Notes under the pieces: generated by a model
What the model was told of the DNA's origin: nothing
Seen by the model: only the letters and a program-made list of their open reading frames with translations
The model's database searches: none
Program-made: the position numbers and the translations under genes
Shown: positions 54,495 through 64,000 of the stretch, in pieces
Layout: each line of letters begins with the position of its first letter
Numbering within the stretch: the stretch's first letter is position 1
DNA from: the human T2T-CHM13v2.0 reference genome, Homo sapiens
Reading direction: 5' to 3' (one strand)
Assembly (NCBI RefSeq): GCF_009914755.1
Contig: NC_060938.1
Length of the DNA stretch: 64,000 bases

Positions 54495-55322
54495 CAGCAG
54501 ATCTTCCAATAAGGTCGTTTTGTTATAATGTTGATGAAAAAAAACATTGATTCCTGGCCGGGATCACTGTCCATGGGAAGTTCACACATTCTTCCTATAT
54601 CTACATGGGCTTTCTTCTGTTATTATTAATATGGTTTCCTTCCACATCCCAAAGATGGGCATACTAGGTTCGTTGGCCTGTCTAAATGGTCTCAATCTGA
54701 TGAGTGCAGGGGTGTATGTGCGAGTGTGTCCTGTAATGGAATGATGTCAAAGGCTGGTTCCTACTTTGCTCCAAGCTGCCAGGATGGGCTCTGGCCACCA
54801 GTGACCCTGAGCTGGAATAAGCAGGTTGGAAAATGAATGAATGAATAAATACAAGTTATTATAAAATAAAAAATTTTTAAGTACATGATAATCATACAAT
54901 AAACAATGCAGTATGAAAGCGCTTAGTGAGATTACTATATTTGTTGTTTGTTTCTGAACTGCGTGATGGTAGGAGGTGCTTCTGACAATGTTCATTTTGC
55001 AAACATTTATTCTTTGATTGAATCTACCACCATGATTGCCCTCACTCTCTGATTCACCGAAAATTGAGTAAATCATTATCTTGTTTTTATTTTTCTTTCT
55101 TAAATGTATATATAGTTCACATTTATTTCAATGTTTAATAGTATAAGTGTTTTAGTCTTTATTTAGAAGTTTGGTGATGTTTTTGTGACCAGAAATATGC
55201 CACAGGAATTTAACTCTTGTTTATATCCATTATCCTATGATAAAATTGGTTTTGTTATACATCATTTTCTTAAAATTGTAGTTTCCAAGAACCTAACCAG
55301 GACATTAAGTGAGAATGTACTG
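54495..55322. mobile_element. MER6 (Tigger-type non-autonomous DNA transposon)
   Basis: TA-flanked cagcagatc... / ...gtttccaagaacct...ttaagtgagaatgtactg; ~830 bp. Confidence 0.75.
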
Positions 55323-55861
55323 TACTCACGTAGGTCTTGTATTATTTCTTCATAGCATATAGTTATTAAAGTGAGATTTTAAAAAAAATGTTTGGCTCCC
55401 ACATTGGTCTCAGCTTCAGGCAGGCAGAAGCTTTGACTCTACCATAGCAACCCCAGCACTCTGAATAATGCCTGGAGCATGGTAGGCACTCAATATATGT
55501 GGTCTACTAAATGTGTGTTGGTTCCTGAAATGCTTCTAGATCAAAACTGCATAGCAAAGGAAGGAATCTGTCTATGGTTATGTAGTTTCAGAATACCATA
55601 TCTATATGTACTTTATAATGAAAAGCTTGCAGGAAAATTGGCTATTATTACTTTATTAAATGAATTTGAGTCACTCATCCTTTCTTCAGATTATTCATCC
55701 ATAAAATAACAATGTTTGAAAACCATATAGGTATTAAACAGTGCTCCTCAAAGCCCAGATGGTTCTGTGAGGGTTGAGGAAGAGCAAAGAGATACATTTA
55801 AGTTTTTTCTTTTATTTACATACCAAGTAAAAGCACTACACATATTAAATGGCAGTCCAAG

Positions 55862-56207
55862 GCTAGGTTTGGTTCTGTGTCCCTACCCAAGTCTCATCTT
55901 GAATTGTAATCCCCACGTGTCAAGGGAGAGATCTGGTGTGAGGTGATTGGATCACAGGGACGGTTTCCCCCATGCTATTCTTGGTATAGTGAGTTCTCAC
56001 AAGAGCTGTTGGTTTTTAAAGTATTCGGCAGTTCACCCTTTGCTCTCTCTCTCCTGCCGCCATGAAGAAGGTGCTTGTTTGCCCTTCACCTTCTGCTACC
56101 TTCTGCCATGATTGTGTTTCCTGAGGCCTCCCAAGCCATGCAGAACTGTGAGTCAATTACCCAGTCTCAGGTATTTATTTATAGCAGTACAAAAACAGAC
56201 TAACACA
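55862..56207 (+). mobile_element. MST/THE1-type solo LTR
   Basis: ggtttgg..ctgtgtccctaccc..tctcatcttgaattgtaatccc...gactaacaca. Confidence 0.82.
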
Positions 56208-56904
56208 GTTTATAATAAAATGTTCCCAGTAATATTGAAGGAGCACTATAATGCTCCCTAAGAACTTAGAAACAAATGAAATCAAGTAAATTTTTAAAGT
56301 AACATACAATGGATCATAATAAAGACATATAAAATCTCTTAAGGGAAACAGAATAACACCCTACAATACGAAGAAAACATCCATCAGGCAGGAGATTGAT
56401 CAGCAATAAAGCCAAAGGAAAAGTGGAGTCAGAGATGAGAACTCTGGAAATTCCCAACCGGTCTATGTCCAGGAGAAAGGAAAGTTAAATCAGTGTTCAG
56501 ACCTTCAGGCAAGGTCATTTTTTGTATGAAACAACAATACTATGCTCTCTTAGCCTGAGAACATTTTTTAAAATGGATTCATCTCCTGTTTTGATTGATT
56601 TCATGATTTCAGGCAAACTTCTGAATATTTCATGGTTCCCTAAAATAGTCTGCTGAGAAGAAAAATTGCTCATACCATCACGAATATTCAGACCCATGTG
56701 ACAGTTGTATTTCTCATCATCAATAAATTGGCAAACTGATTTATGTTTTTGTTTAAAACACCTAGTTAGTGTTCACTATGTTCCTAACATTGTTATAAGT
56801 GCTTCTAATAATAATTTATTACATCTTCATAGCAACTCCATGTGGTAGGTACAATCCTATAAAGATAATAATAGTAAAGTAATGCACTTTTTCTGTTAAA
56901 AACT

Positions 56905-59138
56905 ATTTTTAATTGACAAATAATTATATCTATTTATGGGGTACAGTAGGATATTTTGATATATGCATACATTGTGGGATGATCAAATCAGGCTAATTAA
57001 CATGTACACCACCTTACGTATTTCTTTGTGATGAGAACACTTAAAATCCACCCTTTTTTCAATTTTGAAAGATTTGGGAGATTTTATGGGTCCTTTCCAA
57101 ACCATCACAATAAAGTAAGTCGCACAATTTTATTTTGTTTTCTGGTGCATATAAAATTATGTTTACACTACATGGTGTAGTCTACCAGTGCTAAGATTTC
57201 TCTGTAGCATGCAATGCTGTTTGATAGCATTTTACATGCAGTGGAATTTCTTTCAAAATTGGAGTCAATCTTCTCATACCCTGCTTCTGCTTTATCAACT
57301 AAGTTTATGTAATATTCTAAATTTCTTTGTTGTCATTTAAACAATATGCACAGCATCTTCACCTGGACTAGATTCCATTTCAAGAAACCACTTTCTTTGC
57401 TCATTCATAAGAAGCAACTCCTTATCGAATAAAGTTTCATGATGAGATTGCAGCAATTCAGTCACATTTCAGGCTCTACTTCTAACTCTAGTTCTCTTGC
57501 TATTTTCACCACATCCGTAGTTACTTCCTCCACTGAAGTTTTTAACCCCTCAAAATTATCCATAGAAGTTGGAATTAACTTCCTCCAAACTCCTGTTAAT
57601 GTTGAAATTTTGACCTTCTCCCATGGATTACAAATGTTCTTAATGGTATCTAGAATGATGACTCTTTTCCAGAAAGCTTTAAATTTACCTTGTCTTGGTA
57701 ACTGTGAATACTGCTGCAGTGAATGTGGAGTGCAGACGTTTCTTCAGCTTACTGATTTTTATTCCTTTGGGTGGCATAGCTGGATCATATGGTATTTCTA
57801 CTTTTAGTTTTTTAAATAACCTTCATACTTTTTCCAAAATAGTTGTACTAATTCACATTTCCACAACACAGTGTGTGATGGTTCCCTTTTCTCTACATCC
57901 TCGCCAACACTAGCTAGCATTCACCTTTTTGATGACAGCCATTCTTACAGGTGCAGGGTGATGTCTCATTGTGGTTTAATTTGCATTTCCCTGTTGAGTA
58001 GTGATGTTGAGCATTTTTAACTATATCTGTTGGCCATTTATATGTCTTCTTCTGAGAAGTGTCTATCCATGTCATTTGCCCATTTTTAATACGAGTATAT
58101 GTTTTATTGAGTCATTTGAGTTCCTTATATATTTTTGATATGAGTCCCTTATCAAAATGAGGCCCTTTGACAATATATTTGCAAATATTTTCTCCCAATC
58201 TGCAGGTTTTCTTTTCACTCTGTTGATGGCTTCCTTTGCCATGCAAAAGATTTTTTAGTTTGATGCAATCCCAATTGTCTAATTTTGCTTTTGTTGCCTC
58301 TGCTTTGGGGGACATACCCATGAAATAATTGCCCAGACCAATGTCAAGGAGCTTTTCTCCTAGTCTTCTCTTATGAGTTTTACAGTTTCAGATCTTACAT
58401 TTAAGAGTCTCACCCATCTTGAGTTGATTCTACTATCAAGGGAGAGATAAAGTTCCAATTTTATTTTTCTGCATGTGGATAGCCACTTTTTCTAACACCA
58501 TTTATTGAAGAGACTGTTCTTTCCTCATTGTGTGTTCTTGGCACCTTTGTTGAAAATCAATTGACCACAGATATGTGCGTTTATCTGGGGACTCTCTACC
58601 CTATTCGATTCATTGATGTGTCTGTTTTTATGGCAGTACCCTGCAGTTTTGGTTACTATAACTTTGTGATGTATTTTGCAATCAGGTAGTTTAATGCCTT
58701 AACCTTTGTTATTTTTGCTCGAGATTGCTTTGGTTATTCAGGGTCTATTGTGGCTCCATACAAATTTTAAGGTTGTTCTATTTCTGTGAAAAATGACATT
58801 GGAATTTTGATAGGATTGCACTGAATCTGGAGATCACTTTGGGTAGTATAGACATTTTAACAATATTAATTCTTCCAATTCATGAACACAGAATATCTTT
58901 CCATTTCTTTGTGTCTTCAATTTCTTTTATCAATGTTTTATAGTTTTCAGTGTATAGGTTCTTCTCCTCCTTGGTTAAATTTACTCCAGAGTATCTTATT
59001 TTTTATAGCTATTGCAAATGGAATTGTTTTCTTAATTTTTTTCAGATAGTTCATTGTTACCATATAGAAACACTACTAAATTTTGTATGTTGATTTTGTA
59101 ACCTACTTTACTGAATTTTATTCATCAGTTCTAACAAA
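56905..59138 (-). mobile_element. L1MA-type 3' portion interrupted by a Tigger1 fragment
   Basis: Antisense ORF2 motifs; peptide KAEATKAKLDNWDCIKLK. Confidence 0.8.
57071..57690 (-). mobile_element. Tigger1 fragment
   Basis: gctgtttgatagcatttt...ctttcaaaattggagtcaatc...ttcctccactgaagt. Confidence 0.8.
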
Positions 59139-59177
59139 TTTAGGGGGCTGAGGGAGGGGAGAGGGAGAGGGAGAGAG

Positions 59178-59642
59178 ATTTGTACTGTACTGTAAAGAAT
59201 TGGTTCACATGATTATGGAGGCTAAGAGGCTCAAGAGAAGCAGTTGGAAAACTGAAGACCCAGGAGAGCCAAAGGTATAGTATCAGTCAAAGTTGAAAGT
59301 CCTGAGAACCAAGAGAGCTGATGGTATAAATTCTGGTTTGAATCCAATGGCCTGAGAACCAGGAGAGCCTGTGGTGTAGAATTTAGTCCAAGTCTGAAAG
59401 CAAAGAAAATTGATATCCCAGCTTAAAGACAAGCAGAGATAAATAATTTTTCTTACTGAGCCTTCAATTGATTGGATGAGGCCCATTCACATTGGGAAGG
59501 GCAAGCTGCTTTATTGAGTTTACCAATTCAAATGTCAATCTCATCCAGAAACATCCTCACAGACACAACACGAAATAATGTTTAAGCAAATATCTTCATA
59601 TCCCATGACCCAATCAAGCTAACACATAAAATTAAGCATTAT
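59178..59642 (-). mobile_element. MLT2-type LTR
   Basis: gaattggttcacatgattatggaggct...ctaacacataaaattaa. Confidence 0.75.
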
Positions 59643-59744
59643 ACTTGTGTACACAAATAGACATTTTTAACTTAGCTGTGCATTTCTCCAAATCCTTTAG
59701 CAAATTACAAATACCAATCAAGAATGCTGATGGAAACATACCTA

Positions 59745-62740
59745 CTTGTGTGACTACAAGTTAAAACACTGATAACACCAGGTGTTGGAGAGGATGTAGA
59801 GTTGACTGGAACTCCTATAGATCACTGGTATGAGTGAACATGTTACAATCACTTTGGAAACTGGAAGTTTTTGTGATAGTTAAGTATACACTTACCTATG
59901 ATCCATAAATCATATTCCTAGATATTTACCCAAGAGCAATGAGTATGTGTGTCCATAAAATGATTTGTACATGGATGTTCTTCATAGCAGCTTTCTTCAT
60001 AATAGCCCCAAACTAGAAACAACCATCAACTGGAGAATGAACAAAAAAATGCATATTCATAATTAGCAATAAAAATCACTACTGATACATGTAATAACAT
60101 AGATTTGTCTCAGAAACATTATGTTGAACAAAAGAAGCAAGGCAGAAAAGTGGCTAATTTTTGATTATTTATGTGAAGTTAATAAACAAGAAATCTGTGA
60201 TGATAGAAGTCAGAATAGTAGTTATCCTATAGAAGAGCAGGATTGCTCATATAGTTTGACTGTGTCCCCACTCAAATCTCATCTTGAATTCCCACATGTT
60301 GTGGGAGGGACCTGGTGGGAAATAATTGAGTCATGAGAGCAGGTCTTTCCTGTGCTGTCTTCATGATAGTGAATAAGTCTCACAAGATCTGATGGTTTTA
60401 AAAACAGGAGTTTCCCTTCACAAGTTGTCTCTCTTTGCCTGCTGCCATCCATGTAAGATGTGACTTGCTCCTCCTTGCCTTCCGCCATGATTGTGAGGCC
60501 TCTTCAGCCATGTGAACTGCAAGTCCATTAAACCTCTTTTTCTTCCCAGTCTTGGGTATGTCTTTATTAGCAGTGTGAAAATGGATTAATACAGTAAATT
60601 GGTACTGGGAATGGGTTGCTGCTGAAAAGATACCTGAAATGTGGAAGCGACTTTGGAACTGGGTAACAGGCAGAGGCTAGAGCAGTTTCGAGGGCTCAGA
60701 AGAAAACAGGAAAATGTGGGAAAGTTTGGAACTTCCTAGAGACTTGTTGAATGCTTTGACCAAAATGCTGACAATGACATGGACAATGAAATCTAGGCTG
60801 AGATGGTCTCAGATGGAGATGAGGAACTTGTTGGGAACTGGAGCAAAGGTGACTCTTGTTATGTTTTAGCAAAGAGACTGGCAGCATTTTGCCCTTGCCC
60901 TAGAGATTTGTGGAACTTTGAACTTGAGAGAGATGATTAGGGTATATATATCTCTATATATCTGGTGGAAGAAATTTCTAAGCATCAAAGCATTCAAGAT
61001 GTGACTTGGGTGCTGTTAAAGGCATTCAGTTTTAAAAAGGAAACCAAGCATAAAAGTTCAAAAAATTCACAGCCTGACAATGCAACAGAAAAGAAAATCC
61101 CATTTTCTGAGGAGAAATTCAAGCCAGCTGCAGAAAATTGCATAAGTAATGAGGAGCTGAATGTTAATCCCCAAGACAATGGGAAAAATGTCTCCAGGGC
61201 ATGTCAGACAACTTTGTGGCAGCCCCTTTCATCACAGACATAGAGGCCTAGGAGGAAAAAATGGCATCGTGGGCTGGGCCTAGGTTCCCTCTGCTGTGTG
61301 TACTCTAGGGACTTAGTAACCTGCATCCCAGCTGCTCCAGCTGTGACTAAAAGGGGCCAAGATACAGCTCAGACCATGGCTTCAGAGGATGCAAGCCCCA
61401 AGCCTTGGCAGCTTCCACATCGTATAGAGCCTGTGGGTACACAGAAGTCAAGAATTGAGGTTTGGGAACCTCCTCTTAGATTTCAAAGGATATATGGAAA
61501 TGCCTGGATGTCCAGGCAGAAGTTTGCTGCAGGGGTGAGGCACTCATGAAGAATCTCTGCTAAGGCAGTGCAGAAGGGAAATTTGGGGTGGGCACCCCCA
61601 CACAGAGTCCTCACTGAGGTACTGCCTAGTGGAACTGTGAGAAGAGGGCCACCATCCTCCAGACCCCGGAATGGTAGATCCACAGACCACTTGCACCATG
61701 CACCTGGAAAATCTACAGACACTCAACACTAGCCCATGAAAGCAGCTGAGAGGGAGGCTGTACCCTGTAAAGCCACAGGGGCAGAGCTGTCCAACACCAT
61801 GGGAACTCAACCCTTGCATCAGTGTGACCTGGATGTGAGACATGGAGTCAAAGGAGATCGTTTTGGAGCTTTAACATTTGACTGTCCTGCTGTATTTCAG
61901 ACTTGCTGACTTTTTGGACTTGTAGCCCCTTTGTTTTGGCCAATTTCTCCCATTTGGAATGGCTGTATTTACCCAATATTTGTATCTGCATTGTATCTAG
62001 GAAGTAACTAGCTTGCTTTTGATTTTACAGGCTCATAGGTTGAAGGGACTTGCCTTGTCTCAGATGAGACTTTGGACTGTGGACTTTTGAGTTAATGCTG
62101 AAATGAGTTAAGACTTTGGGAGACTGTTGGGGAGGCATGATTGGTTTTGAAACATAAGGACATGAGATTTGGGAGGAGCCAGGGTGGAATGATATGGTTT
62201 GGCTGTGTCCCCACCCAAATCTTGAGTTCCCACATGTTGTGGGAGGGACTCAGTGGGAGGAAATTGAATCATGGGAGCAGGTCTTTCCTGTGCTGTTCTC
62301 ATGATAGTGAATAAGCCTCATGAAATCCGATGATTTTAAAGATGGGAGTTTCCCTGCACAAGCTCTCTCTCATTACCTGCTGCCATCCATGTAAGACATG
62401 ACTTGCTCCTCCTTGACTTCTGCCATGATTATGAGGCTTCCTTAGCCACATGGTACTGTAAGTCCATTAAACCTCTTTTTCTTCGCAGTCTCGGGTATGT
62501 CTTTATCAGTAGCGTGAAAATGAACTAATACAATTCCTGATTGGAAAACTACACAGGAAACTTTCGGGATGATGGAAATATTTTATATTTTGATCCAGGC
62601 CCTGGTCTCATGGGTTTATGTGTACATATATGCATACATATATGTAAAGTATAAGTATACTTATATACACCGAAGTATATAAATATGCATTGTAGACTTG
62701 TGCATCTCACTGGGCGTAAAGTATGCCTTAATAAAGAACT
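59745..62740 (+). mobile_element. Old L1MC/ME 3' end split by a THE1 provirus
   Basis: gttggagaggatgtagag..., atagccccaaactagaaacaacc, tgatggaaatattttatattttgat. Confidence 0.65.
60247..62532 (+). mobile_element. Complete THE1B-like MaLR provirus (LTR 60247-60593, internal 60594-62189, LTR 62190-62532)
   Basis: Two direct LTRs; gtaaattggtac internal start; purine tract before the 3' LTR; TSD attgc / attcc. Confidence 0.92.
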
Positions 62741-63341
62741 GTGAAAAATAGCTTCAATACAAAAAATTATGCTAAATAATGAAATGAAACCAAATTTAAT
62801 ATTTTCAACAATTTGGAGACCTAAACCAATACTTGTGAATAGACAACTCTCTCCCAGATGGCCTAAGCTGAGCAATTTCCATAAGTCAAACTTATCAAGC
62901 TATTGCTTGAGTTTCTGGGATTCAGATCACACACAAAAAAAGCCCAAATCGAAACTCTGTTTGACCCTACATAATAACTCACAAATCCACTTGGATCCTG
63001 GCCAGTATGCCATTCTATTTCAGCTGCAGTGTCACACCTTGCATTGTAGACATCATATCACCTGATATTTTTGTATCATTTGTAAATAATTTAGCAGCAA
63101 CACTGACTAAAATTTACTATACCACCCAAAATACAAAACACAAGAGAATGACAAGTTAAAATTATTTTATTTTAAAAAATAGTCTATATGCAAATAGTCC
63201 CAAGTGTTTAACTGCATGATCCTTGTGGGTCTACACCCCTGATTTTAAATCCTATGCTTGCTGTATTCTTTCACAGTTTGCCACAGAGTATTTTCTTAAT
63301 GCACAACAGTAAAACAAATTCACCAATGAAAATTTATTCTT

Positions 63342-63698
<357 letters not shown>

Positions 63699-64000
63699 TT
63701 AAATTGTATTAATATTGCCTAATTTGTAATCCACAACTTCACAATATAAAAAATCTGGATTATTTTTACCAATTCCCTCTTTTTCTACTATGAATACTTT
63801 CTATACTCACATAGAATAGTTCAGTGAAATATACTTGGTACACCTCAGTGAAATACTGGCTGATTGATTGACACAGGTGGTTAATACAAGAGGCCCTTAA
63901 GATGAAGATGACATTGATATTAAACAAACACGCAGAATCACAAAATACTCTCAGCCTGTTTGCCAGGAGGCAAATAGGACACACAAGTGGGAAGTTTGGT

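Noticed and set aside
59143-59177. G-rich purine tract (G4-like)
   Set aside because: Simple repeat at the MLT2/L1 junction; no supporting context
62620-62670. AT-rich palindromes (tataagtatacttata)
   Set aside because: Expected in TA-rich low-complexity sequence within an old L1
63766-63984. 72-aa minus-strand ORF in unique DNA
   Set aside because: No recognisable homology, and the length is compatible with chance

Overview
This is repeat-dense primate (most likely human) intronic or intergenic DNA. I found no intact protein-coding exon, RNA gene or CRISPR array. Most ORFs in the track are Alu, L1, LTR or DNA-transposon debris. Two processed pseudogenes are recognisable. One is RPL17 (minus strand, ~7335-8056), with a nearby partial second copy at 9627-9875. 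The other is NMNAT1 (plus strand, CDS remnant 38737-39620), which sits in a ~3.7 kb TSD-bounded, poly(A)-tailed cassette inserted into ORF1 of an old, near full-length L1. From memory, this pseudogene pair matches TSHR intron 1 on 14q31; this is an unverified inference. The most notable structures are: (1) the possibly chimeric NMNAT1 retro-cassette, with an unexplained 300-bp 5' leader, an internal A17 tract and a 2.2-kb tail; (2) a local non-TPRT copy of part of the RPL17 pseudogene and a fold-back templated insertion inside the full copy; (3) an L1 flanked by a ~90-bp duplication; (4) a young L1Hs-type ACG/A insertion; (5) an L1 with a short 3' transduction; (6) an inverted L1 3' end; (7) a MER85 piggyBac MITE with its palindrome intact; (8) a CpG-retaining CRE-centred enhancer candidate. 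I see no evidence of a new gene system. The interest lies in retrotransposition and repair fossils and in possible regulatory elements. Subfamily names were assigned by eye and need RepeatMasker confirmation.
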